Below are positions 52,857-62,277 of a stretch of DNA of 64,000 nt, one piece after another. The stretch is taken from contig CAWEMM010000014.1 in the NCBI GenBank assembly GCA_963810095.1, positions 256,001 through 320,000 of the forward strand, read 5' to 3'. Source of the DNA: an uncultured Chloroflexia bacterium. Its GTDB lineage: Bacteria; Chloroflexota; Anaerolineae; CG2-30-64-16. The notes below the pieces were generated by a model. That model made no database searches, was not told the DNA's origin, and was given only the letters and a program-made list of their open reading frames with translations. The first letter of the stretch is position 1; each line of letters starts with the position of its first letter. Made by a program: the position numbers and the translations under genes.

Positions 52857-53028
52857 CTGATTCTGTCGGGTCGCATCCTTCGACTGCACACCCTTCCTAC
52901 GGAAGGCTGCTCCGCTCAGGATGCTTCAAGCGCAGGCATCCTGAGCGGAGGCGCCAGCGCAGCTGGTGTGCCGCAGTCGAAGGGTGCCGAGCGTCATGGT
53001 TCAACAGATCTGCTGTGCTTGTGCTTAG
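52857..53028. repeat. 172-bp composite element containing a GCATCC REP-like doublet (copy 2)
   Basis: Units 52873-52924 and inverted 52936-52987; flanks collinear with 29779-29948. Confidence 0.9.
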
Positions 53029-53036
53029 GGAGCAAC

Positions 53037-55055
53037 ATGATGCGTAGACTCCTTGCGTTGCTGATCGTCATGCTCGTCGTCCTCGCCGCCGGCTGCACGC
53101 CGCCGCCGACAACGGTCGGGCCCCCGGCAACGTCGCCGGCTGCTCCGCCACAGGTGGCGGCGACCGGCGCGCCCATTGCCGCCGTGACCGACAGCCGGGG
53201 GGCCGCAGGGGGCGAGACGACGTCAGAAGTCACGCCCGCAGCCGCCGCCAGTCCCGCGCCCCTGGTCGACGACCGAACGAAGCCCGTCCTGTCCATCACG
53301 GTCGACCCGCCCGAGATCGACTGGGACAGCCAGGCGATCGTCACCGTTCGTGCGAGCGACCCGGCGGGGATCAAGGAGATCGCCGTGCTGCTGGGCGACC
53401 AGGTGCTGGCGACCGGGGAGGGCGAGGAACTGAGTTTCGATTTCATCCCCGGCGCGATCGACGGGCTGACCGGCGCGACCTCGTATAACCTGCTCGCCCG
53501 GGCGACCGACGTGGGGGGCAACAGCGCCGAGGCGAGCGCAGCCATCAAGGTGGGCCCCGAGCCAACCGGCACGCCTCCGGCGGCCGCACCGGCCGCAGCC
53601 GCTACCGCACCGCCGGCCGCAGCCGCTACCGCCCCGGCTCAGACGTCCGGCGCGACGCCGGCCGTCGCCGGCACGGATGTGATTACGTCGACGGCTCGTG
53701 GCACGACCAGCTACCGGGTGACCGAGATCCAGCTCCCAACCTACCCGTACGCGAAGTACCTCCGGCCCACCACTGACCCGGACCGGGCCGATTACCCCTT
53801 GTACAGCTTCGATCGCTCGGCCTACACTGCCGGCAATCCACAGCCGGCCATGCAGTCCTACCGCCTGCTGGTGCTCGAGAATCGCTACCTGCGGCTCGGC
53901 ATCCTGCCCGACCTGGGCGGCCGCATCTATGAGTGTGTCTTCAAGCCGACCGGGTCGAACGAGTTCTACTCGAACACGGTCATCAAGCCGACGGAGTGGG
54001 GCCCGGGCTCGCCGCCTTACCCCGCGGGCGCAAACTGGTGGCCGGCAGCGGGCGGGCTGGAGTGGGGCTTCCCGGTGGAGGAACACGGCTACGAGTTCGG
54101 CACGGTCTGGGGGTTCGACCACGCCACGCTGGACGATGGCGGCGTGATGATTACGGTCTTCACCAAGACCGGCCCGCAGAGTCCCTATGCCGTGGTCGAC
54201 ATCATCCTCCCGCCCGACACCGCCTACTTTGTGGTGCAGCCACGGGTTGTCAATCCGCTCGGCGGGCCGTTCAAGTTCAAGTTCTGGGAGAATGCCATGC
54301 TGGCGCCGGGCAAGGCGAACAGCGTCTCGCCCGACTTGCGCCTGCTCTTGCCCGCGAGCCAGGTCACGATCCACAGCACGGGTGATGCGACCCTGCCTCA
54401 GAGCGGGCAAACGGCTTCGTGGCCCGTCATCGCCGGTCGCGATCTTTCGCGGCTGGGCAACTGGTCGGACTACCTCGGCGTCTTTGCCACGCCCGTCACG
54501 GCAACCTCGGCGACCGGCGCCTTTGCAGCCGTCTACGATCCGGGGGCCGACGAGGGCATGGTCCGGGTCTTCCCGCCCGACGTGGCGAAGGGCGTCAAGC
54601 TGTTCGCACCCCGTGGCTCGGATGGTCTCGACCCGGCGCTGTGGACCGACGACGGCTCGTCCTACGTCGAGCTGCACGGCGGATTCCAGCCGACCTTTGC
54701 CGACTGGTCCGAGCTGGGGCCGGGCGAAGAGGCGACGTGGAGCGAGTACTGGTACCCGGTCGCGAAGATCGGCGGCCTGACCTTCGCCAACGACCGGGCC
54801 GCCCTGGCGCTGACGCCGAGCGCGGGGGGCGTGCGGCTGGGCCTCTTCCCGACCAGTGCGCTGAGCGGCCGCCTGACCGTCACGCTGCCGGGCGCCGCGC
54901 CGGCCACGTTCGACGTGGCGCTCAGCCCGAGCCAGCCGCTGGTGCGTGAGCTGCCGTGGAATGCGGGGGCGGACCAGCAGGGCCAGGTGAGCGTCAGCCT
55001 CGATGCCGGCGGCGAGACCGTGTTTGAGTGGCAGGGGGTCGCACAACTGCGATAG
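53037..55055 (+). CDS. DUF5107 domain lipoprotein with Ig-like N-terminal domain
   Basis: Lipobox AAGC; VLENRYL...LPDLGGRIY, GGLEW.FP, YVELHGG, W.EYWYP. Confidence 0.85.
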   Translation: MMRRLLALLIVMLVVLAAGCTPPPTTVGPPATSPAAPPQVAATGAPIAAVTDSRGAAGGETTSEVTPAAAASPAPLVDDRTKPVLSITVDPPEIDWDSQAIVTVRASDPAGIKEIAVLLGDQVLATGEGEELSFDFIPGAIDGLTGATSYNLLARATDVGGNSAEASAAIKVGPEPTGTPPAAAPAAAATAPPAAAATAPAQTSGATPAVAGTDVITSTARGTTSYRVTEIQLPTYPYAKYLRPTTDPDRADYPLYSFDRSAYTAGNPQPAMQSYRLLVLENRYLRLGILPDLGGRIYECVFKPTGSNEFYSNTVIKPTEWGPGSPPYPAGANWWPAAGGLEWGFPVEEHGYEFGTVWGFDHATLDDGGVMITVFTKTGPQSPYAVVDIILPPDTAYFVVQPRVVNPLGGPFKFKFWENAMLAPGKANSVSPDLRLLLPASQVTIHSTGDATLPQSGQTASWPVIAGRDLSRLGNWSDYLGVFATPVTATSATGAFAAVYDPGADEGMVRVFPPDVAKGVKLFAPRGSDGLDPALWTDDGSSYVELHGGFQPTFADWSELGPGEEATWSEYWYPVAKIGGLTFANDRAALALTPSAGGVRLGLFPTSALSGRLTVTLPGAAPATFDVALSPSQPLVRELPWNAGADQQGQVSVSLDAGGETVFEWQGVAQLR

Positions 55056-55088
55056 GCCGCGTTTCAGAGTGGGGGCAAGGTCAGCGGA

Positions 55089-55211
55089 GCATCCTGAGCG
55101 GAGCGGAGTGAAACGTAGCGCAGTCGAAGGATGCGGAGCGGCTTTGCGCTGCGAGGGCCGCATCCTTCGACTGCGGCAGGCCAGCTGCGCTGGCGCCTCC
55201 GCTCAGGATGC
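55089..55211. repeat. GCATCC REP-like doublet (units 55089-55134 and 55160-55211, opposite arrangement)
   Basis: GCATCCTGAGCGGAG...GCAGTCGAAGGATGC then GCATCCTTCGACTGCG...CTCCGCTCAGGATGC. Confidence 0.92.
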
Positions 55212-55313
55212 TTTCGCCCCCAAACTGAAACGCACAACTGCGATAGGCTCAGTTGCGGTACGGCGAGGCTTCGAGTATACTCTGCCGTGCCGTGTGCGTA
55301 ACTGCACAGGCTC

Positions 55314-55388
55314 CGGGGCGTAGCGCAGCCAGGTTAGCGCGCTTGATTTGGGTTCAAGAGGTCGGGAGTTCGAATCTCCCCGCCCCGA
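55314..55388 (+). tRNA. tRNA-Pro(TGG)
   Basis: Acceptor CGGGGCG/CGCCCCG, anticodon arm CTTGA-TTTGGGT-TCAAG, T arm GGGAG-TTCGAAT-CTCCC; CCA not encoded. Confidence 0.97.
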
Positions 55389-55441
55389 TGTGCAGCGGGC
55401 CGGTTCATTCGTGAGCCGGCCCGCTGGCATTTAACCGGCCC

Positions 55442-57799
55442 CTACCGGACCACGACGTCCTGCAGGTAGATCGCGCCATCCTCGGACCGGGCGGCCGTCC
55501 CCGAAACGGGCAGACGTGCGCCGTTGCGCCCGTTCAGCCCCACCCACAACTGGGCGGGACCGGCCGGCATGTTGAGCGGGATGTCGAGCTTGTGGACGTC
55601 TTCCACGGTATCGCCCGGCTCCCACGCGCTCGCCGGCCAGCTCCCGTTTCTCGGCGCGCCCACCTCGATAATGCGGAGCTGCCCGTCCGCCGCTCGCAGC
55701 TCGAGCACGATGTTGGCGTCCTCGGCGATTTGCGAGGGGGCCTGCCAGTACAGCGTGATCTGCAGCGGCTGACCTCGCTCGGCGCGCTCGGCGGGGGTCA
55801 AAGTGTATCCCAACAGCTGGATCTGATTGCCGAAGGTGGCGGCCAGCGGACTCGCCGGCCGGGCAGCCAGGGGCCGGGCGGGCAGCAGCCGCAGCGAGCC
55901 GAGCGAAGCCGTCGCGACATCTCCGTTGGCCCCGCGCCCTGCCAGTCGCTCGCCGGTATCGAGCCGGTAGAAGCCCGCCACCAGGGGCAGCAGCGCCGGT
56001 GCGATGGCCTCCGTGCTCTCGGGAATGGCGAGCTCGTGGGTGTCGGCCACCACCTGGCCGGGCTGCCACAGGCGTGTGGGATAGGCGCCCTGGTTGGGCC
56101 AGCTGTCGTCTTGCGCCACCGGCCGCCCGTTCGGCCCGATCGCTTGCACGAAGACCGAGTAGTCCTTGTCGAATTGCCCCTCGGCCGCCCAGTAAAGGGT
56201 GGTCTTCAGGACGTCGCCCGGCCGGGCCGGCTGCGGTTCGAACTCGCCCCCCAGGAACCTTGCGTAGGGGCCGTACTGGACCGGGTCACCCCGGGCCGCC
56301 GCAGGAACTATGCCGGTTTCGAGCACTTGAGGTTTGGGGTAGGCCGGGCTGATGATCGCAAAGGGCGCCAGCACTGCCCATGCAGCCAGCAAGGCCAGCG
56401 GCGCAGCCCCGAACAGAACCCCCGCCGTGTGTTCGGCGACCGCCGTTTGATCGGCGGGTGCTGTGCCTGGCGGGTGGCGTCAGATGCCGCACGAGCCGCC
56501 CGGCCTGGCTCACCAGCCCCGCCCACCCCAGCACCAGAAACAGGTTGACCGCCCAGGCGGCGGGCATGACCAACCGGCCTTGCAAGGCGGGCAGGATCAG
56601 GTCGTAGCGCAGCAGGGCCAGCAGCACCAGCCCGAGCCATGCAGCAGGCACGACCAGCCACGGCAGGTCGGCCCGGCGCAAGCCCACCCCCCATCGCCCG
56701 GCCCGCCGGGGGGCCAGTGCGAAGGGCAGCCCCACCAGTGCCAGGACCGTGAGCACGTCGGCGATCCGGTAGGCCCACAACGGGGACGGCACGTTGAACC
56801 AGCCGAACATGCCCCAGTAGGAAAAGCGGAGCCCTTGCAGCTCGCCGCCCAGCTCGCCGAGTGTCAAGGGCGACGTGCGGGTGGGCATGATCGCCGTGAT
56901 CGAGCCGACGCCCGACAGGTCGCCGTAGAGGCGCCAACTGCGGAGATACCACCAGCCCGCCACCAGCCCCGCCACGGCGAAAATGACCACGAGATCGAGC
57001 AGGGCGCGGCGGAGCGTCTTGCGCCGCCAGGCCACGATCAGGATGACGAGGCCCGCCAGCGGCCACAGCAGCAGCCCGCTCACCTTTGACAGCCCGACCA
57101 GACCCAGGGCGAGGCCGAGGAGGACCGTCCAGCCGCGGGGCGCGGCCCCCGCAGGCCCCGCAGCAGCACCCAGGCGGCCAGCGCAGCCGTCATGTTGATC
57201 ATGTTGTCGTTCGTGACCGAGGCGCTGGTGAAGAGGAACTGGGGGGTGAAGGCGGTCAGTGCGGCCATCGCCAGCGCGATGCGGGGGGATGCGGGCACCA
57301 GGGTCCGGCCGAGCGCGTAGACCAGGGCCACGGTGAGGGCACCCAGAACGGTGGAGAACAGCCGGGCCAGGTGGACCGCCAGCGGGGTGCCCGCAAACGG
57401 CCACTGCTCGCGCTCGGTGTGGACGATCTGGTTCTTGTTCCCCAGCGACCCCGGAAAGCCCGTCTGTGCGTGCACGTTGGTCCACAGGAGCGACTCGGCA
57501 TCAGACGTGTCGACGGGTGCGATGAGCGCCGCAGTGAGGAGGTAGTACAGCGGCGGCTGCGAGGCTTCCTGCGCCCAGGGTTGCGAGGGGTCGGGCGGGG
57601 CAAAGCCGGAGCCCTGCGCGAGGTGGCGGGCGGTGAAGAAGTGCGGCAGCTCGTCGGGCGCCTCGAAGACCGGGTTAACGGCCCCATAGGTGAGGGCCAG
57701 GACGAGAAAGGCCAGCAGGATGCCGGCCAGGCCGGTTGTGGCTTTATGCAGGGGCAGGGCGCGCATGCGCCGGTCATCACCGTAACTCGTGCTCGACAT
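55442..57799 (-). CDS. GT-C (DUF2142/family 39-like) membrane glycosyltransferase with C-terminal extracellular domains (frameshifted)
   Basis: PVFEAPDELPHF, QPPLYY, ARLFS, SVTND, LQGR; C-terminal YSVFVQ...YPTRLWQPG domains. Confidence 0.85.
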
Positions 57800-57840
57800 T
57801 GCGCCGTATCGTACAATGACCGGCCGCAAAGGCCAAGAGC

Positions 57841-59210
57841 GAGAGTGTTGGATAACGTGGCAGAGGAAGGGCAAAGGCACCCTGTCGCGGCGAAGGTAGC
57901 GGTTTCAGGAGTGCTGAAGGTCGTTACGGGTGCAAAAGAGGGCGCTCGGAGGTGCGTGTGAGGCTGGCCGGGCGGTCAGTAGGCGCGCCAAAGCCAAGGG
58001 GTTAGCTGGCGCGGACGGGGGCCAGACGCTGCGTGGGGCGCAAGCGTACGCCGGTCAGCAGCGTGACGATGCGCTTCAAGTTCAGCACCAGGGCCGTCAG
58101 CTGGGCTTGTAACCCATAGCGCCGCAGGCCGAGGTAGCGGCAGCGGCCAAAGCCGTGCCAGCGTTTGGCCTCGCCAAACTTGCGCTCAATCTTGTAGCGC
58201 TCGGCGTGTCCGGCGTGGTATTCCGGCGAGTCCTTGAGCTGCTGCCAGGCGTCCCGGTGTTCGTTACGCGCCGCCGTGCGGTAGTCATTCAGGGTCAGCG
58301 CCGAATGCTTGCCTTGGGCCGCAAGTTGATAATGCAGCTCGGTGTCATCGTAGGCCTTGTCGCCCGCATAGATCTCGGCCGTCACGCCCACTTCGGCATC
58401 GTGGGCCAGCAGCTGCGGCACCTGCTTGTTGTCCGCCGCACTGCCCGGCGTGGGCGCCAGGGAGGTGATCAGGCCCGTCTCGGCGTTGACACTGACATGG
58501 CTTTTGTAACCCAGGTACTGCACGTCCTGCATGCTGATCTTGCCATCGGGACCGGTCTTGCGGCGCTTGCCTTTCTTGACCCACTGGGCTTGCTTATCCC
58601 GCGGTGGCCGGCCCTGCGCCTGGCGTTGTCGGTCGGCGTCGTTGTCGACGTCCGCCACCGTGTGCACGCTGTCGACGACCTGAATCTGGCCCAGGCGAAT
58701 CCCGGCGGCCTGCGCCTGGCGCAGCACGCTATCGCCGATGGCCTGCAACTGCTGCCAGCCGTTGGCTTCGCGCAGCCGCCGGTTGAACTCGCTGAGCGTA
58801 CTGTGATCCGGCGCCAGTTCGTCCACCGCCAGCCCGACGAACTCTTTGATCGCCAGGTTGAGGTTGGTCGCCTCCTCCACCTGCCGCTCCGAGAAGCGGT
58901 ACAGATAGGCGATCACCAGCATTTTCAGGATCGTGACCGGCGGATACGGCGGCCGCCCGGCTTCCGCCAAGCCCTTGTACGCCGGCAGGAGGATCTCCGT
59001 AAAGCTGTCCCAGTCGATGACGCGGTTCAACTGCACCAGAAAATGGTCCCGGGGCACCACCCGCTCGCAAATCGGCGCACCAAAGAACGAACCTAAACCT
59101 AACGGCTTGAAGTGCTTCTCGGCCATCATTACCCCCTGTCGGCTGCGATGACCTCATTGTAAGCACTTCCCAAAATCGCGCGAGTTTTCGGGGAGTTATC
59201 CAACACTCTC
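57841..59210 (-). mobile_element. IS5-family insertion sequence, 1370 bp
   Basis: Perfect 16-bp TIR GAGAGTGTTGGATAAC / GTTATCCAACACTCTC; 9-bp direct repeat GCCAAGAGC at 57832-57840 and 59211-59219. Confidence 0.95.
58002..59129 (-). CDS. IS5-family DDE transposase
   Basis: GRPPY, PDHSTLS.F, VDS, GYKSH, GDKAYD, RYKIERKFGEAK. Confidence 0.93.
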   Translation of the reverse strand: MMAEKHFKPLGLGSFFGAPICERVVPRDHFLVQLNRVIDWDSFTEILLPAYKGLAEAGRPPYPPVTILKMLVIAYLYRFSERQVEEATNLNLAIKEFVGLAVDELAPDHSTLSEFNRRLREANGWQQLQAIGDSVLRQAQAAGIRLGQIQVVDSVHTVADVDNDADRQRQAQGRPPRDKQAQWVKKGKRRKTGPDGKISMQDVQYLGYKSHVSVNAETGLITSLAPTPGSAADNKQVPQLLAHDAEVGVTAEIYAGDKAYDDTELHYQLAAQGKHSALTLNDYRTAARNEHRDAWQQLKDSPEYHAGHAERYKIERKFGEAKRWHGFGRCRYLGLRRYGLQAQLTALVLNLKRIVTLLTGVRLRPTQRLAPVRAS

Positions 59211-59224
59211 GCCAAGAGCGGCAA

Positions 59225-59253
59225 TTGACAAGGTCCGGCGGTGCGGGTAGACT
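59225..59253 (+). promoter_or_regulatory. sigma70-type tRNA promoter
   Basis: TTGACA-17 nt-TAGACT, 10 nt upstream of the tRNA-Gly 5' half. Confidence 0.8.
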
Positions 59254-59263
59254 AGGTGCCGGT

Positions 59264-59303
59264 GCGGGTGTAGCTCAGGGGTAGAGCGTCTGCCTTCCAA
59301 GCA
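59264..59303 (+). tRNA. 5' half of tRNA-Gly(TCC), interrupted; probable att junction
   Basis: GCGGGTG-TA-GCTC-AGGGGTA-GAGC-G-TCTGC-CTTCCAA-GCA, then no T arm or 3' acceptor strand; integrase follows. Confidence 0.85.
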
Positions 59304-59415
59304 CCCTAGACAGACCGACAACCCTTGTATAACCTTTGTAGTACGACATCTAGTGTCTCCGCAACTGTTACCCCACTAGATATGGGCGTTGGGGCTACCG
59401 AAAGGGAGCCTGCCC

Positions 59416-60318
59416 ATGTCGACTGAGCGTCTACTCTCTGACAAATTGGCCCTTGCAATCGAAACCTTCTACACGGCGAAAGAGGGTGAGCGGATCGCGG
59501 CGCGCACCCTTGAGACATACCGCCGTGCGGTCGGCATGTTCGAGACGTGGTTGCGCGAGCGGGCATAACCCAGCCGGAGCGCATCACGCCCGCCCATGTG
59601 CGGCAGTACTTCGCCGAACTGGGCAAGCGGGGCTACTCGTCCTCCAGCGTCCACGACTACGCCCGCCCGGTGAAAACGTTCGTCCGGTTCCTTCACGCCG
59701 ACGATATCCTGCCTGTCGACGTCATGGCGCGGGTGAAGATGCCACGGGTCGACAAGCGCATCCTCCCCGCGTTCACCCCGGACGAAGTCCGGGCGGTCCT
59801 CAAAGCCTGCAATACCCAGCGGGATACTGCGCTGTGCCTGTTCCTGCTCGACACCGGGCTGCGTGCCTCCGAACTGTGTGTCCTCAAGATGCGCGACTAC
59901 AACCCCAAGACCGGGGCGGTCATGGTGCGGCTGGGAAAGGGGGGCAAGGATCGGGTTGTTTACGCCGGAGCCAAGAGCCCGGCGGGCGATCCTGCGCTAC
60001 ATGATGACCCGTGACAATCCCGCCGACGACGCGCCGCTGTTCCCGTCCGTGCGGGGACAAGACCAGCACCTTACCGCCAGTGGGCTACTGATTGCGTTGA
60101 CAAAGATCGGCAAGCGGGCGAAAGTGGAGCACTGTCATCCGCACACGTTCCGGCGCACGTTTGCGTTGTTCTCGTTGCGGTCGGGGATGGACGTCATGCG
60201 GCTGGCCGCACTCATGGGGCATTCGGAACTGGGCGTCCTGCGGCAGTATCTCGACTTCAACCTTGACGACCTTGAGGACGCGCACGCGGAGCACGGGGCG
60301 GTCGACAACATGATCTAG
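59416..60318 (+). CDS. tyrosine integrase/recombinase (frameshifts near 59562 and 59976)
   Basis: SAM-like N-domain, LLDTGLRASE, GKGGKDR, HPHTFRRTFA, LMGHS, RQYL; GGGAG RBS. Confidence 0.93.
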
Positions 60319-60611
60319 GCGATGCCCTCCCGATACCCTATCGGATAGGGTATCAGGAGGGTATCAATGGGTCGGCATAACCTGTCGGTATACATATACA
60401 TATACAGTATACTATCCGTTAGAGTACTTCGTACTCTAACGTCGGCTGCGCCGACCCGCCCGCCACGTCTGCGACTGCTCGCTCGCGTGAACGATCAGTC
60501 ATCTCTCCCATTCGACGCATAATTTGACGTAGATCAATACTAGCTACAATCGGACTTGTACGTCACATCAGCGAAAGGAGTGACGCGCAAGCGTCCCATC
60601 CCCGTTCCACC

Positions 60612-60832
60612 ATGCCGAATCGCATCACCCGCACTTCGCAAGTGTGTTCTCTCGATTTCTGTGTCTCCCGCCCGACCAACGGGCGGAACTGGCCGCGGCA
60701 TTCGAGATCCTGCTCGCAATCGCCGAACAGAATCCCGCGCCTGTCGACCACCCGGACCGTGTCGCTCAGCGTCAAGCAGGCGTCGCGATCAACCTGCCGA
60801 CCCATTCCCGCCCTGAACCTCCGCAAAGCTGA
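60612..60832 (+). CDS. small hypothetical protein (probable frameshift near 60645)
   Basis: FLCLPPDQRAELAAAFEILLAIAEQ helical segment; start uncertain. Confidence 0.35.
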
Positions 60833-61158
60833 TCATCTGATCAAACATGCGGATCAACGCCGTCTGCCTGTCGGCAGGCAACTGAGAAAACCGCCGGAGA
60901 GTGTTCCGAATCTCCGGCGGGAGTTCGCCGTATGCCCCGTCGGCTCAAGAATCCGGCAAGTTCCGCAAGATCGTGAATCGGGACGTCAGCGCGTCCGCCA
61001 GTTGGCGGATCAGCTCGAGCGTCGGCTTGTGCCCGTGCCGGATCGCCGACAGCGTCGCAGGCGAGATGCCCACTTTCCGGGCAAACTGGTTCTGCCCCAT
61101 ATTACGGTTACGCGCCTGCTCCTGAAGATAGACGAACAGCCGGCTTTCCTCTGCTCAT
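60789..61158 (-). CDS. XRE-family HTH repressor (frameshifted, absent from ORF track)
   Basis: Manual translation LQEQARNRNMGQNQFARKVGISPATLSAIRHGHKPTLELIRQLADAL..IHDLAELAG...FSQLPADRQ; GGAG RBS. Confidence 0.8.
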
Positions 61159-61224
61159 GTGCCCCGCTCCTTCTGAGCAGCACTGGTTGACGATTGTACC
61201 GAAAAAATCATGCAAGTCGAGGTA

Positions 61225-61253
61225 TTGACAATGCGTTTGTTTAGGTGTATGCT
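61225..61253 (+). promoter_or_regulatory. rightward early promoter of the element
   Basis: TTGACA-17 nt-TATGCT divergent from the repressor. Confidence 0.75.
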
Positions 61254-61294
61254 CTGTTTATCAGTCGTGAACGAACGGTCACGCTAATCTGATC

Positions 61295-61326
61295 ACCCGC
61301 TGTCTCTCCGGTCGGCGGGTTTCTTT
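61295..61326 (+). terminator. intrinsic terminator in the early leader
   Basis: ACCCGCTG...CGGCGGGT followed by TTCTTT. Confidence 0.6.
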
Positions 61327-61385
61327 AGACCTTGTTTCGTTCGTTCATGTGACCGATCTTTCGCTATAGAAACCGAAAGGAGAGC

Positions 61386-61837
61386 GTGGACGCACTGACT
61401 CGCCTCTTGTCCCGTGTCACCGTCACGCCGGAGGGATGCTGGCTGTTCACGGGTTCGCTCGACCGCCGGGGTTACGGGCACTTCCGCCTCAACAGGCGCT
61501 TGCGCAAGGCGCATCAAGCCGCTTACGAACTGATGATCGGGCCGATCCCGGCTGGCTGTGTCGTCTGTCATCGCTGCGATAACCCTGCCTGCATCTGCCC
61601 GCTGCACCTGTTCGCCGGGACGCAGGCGGAGAACATCGCCGACCGGGATGCCAAAGGTCGGACGGCAAGGGGCGAGCGCAACGGACGGGCAAAGCTCGAC
61701 AGGCGCAAGTCGAGCACGGTTCGGCGCTTGCACGCAGCCGGGCAGCATCGCCAACAAGACGGCGCTGGCCCGTCAACTGGGCGTCTACCCGGCGGGCAAT
61801 TGACCACATACTCAACGGCCAGAACTGGCGGGAGTGA
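61386..61837 (+). CDS. phage HNH endonuclease with C-terminal HTH (frameshifted)
   Basis: GCWLFTG...GYG...[12 protein letters not shown]...[25 protein letters not shown]...KGR; AAGGAG RBS. Confidence 0.9.
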
Positions 61838-61841
61838 ACGC

Positions 61842-62277
61842 ATGGCCGACAAGCCCCTCCAACGTGACGACATCGCCCGCTATCTGCTCCGACGGGGCGT
61901 GTCGCTCGACGAGTTCGCCAGACGAACTGCTCTATCTCCAGTGCCACGGCGTCCCGCTCGACAAGGTCGGGCTGGTCGGTCGGGCGTGGCAACTGGTCTC
62001 CGAAATGCTCGACGAACGACAGGCGCTCGATCTGGCCGAACGCTACACCCTCTTGACGTGCTGCCCGCACTGTCGAGTCAGAGCACCCGCATCACCGGCG
62101 GGCGCGAACCCGTGCATCTACTGCCCGAACTGCGGCGCCGTCCGTGAGGACACGCAAGTCACCGCAACCGGACATGGTATCGCTGGTCAGCAACCGGAGC
62201 GACCGTTCATTCACGCGACAAACGCAATATATCGCAAAACTTATCCCAAAGTCAAACAGGGAGGACGGGGCGCATGA
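61842..62277 (+). CDS. phage protein with Zn ribbon (frameshift near 61920)
   Basis: CPHC...CPNCGA pair. Confidence 0.65.

Noticed and set aside
7399-55163. Long alternative ORFs such as 7399-9297 (+), 22026-23645 (+), 40202-41719 (+), 53223-55163 (-)
   Set aside because: Shadow frames of well-supported genes in GC-rich DNA; no recognisable motifs
59304-59415. Intron in tRNA-Gly
   Set aside because: The break is in the anticodon stem, not the loop; no 3' exon (T arm plus CACCCGC) was seen nearby; an integrase follows
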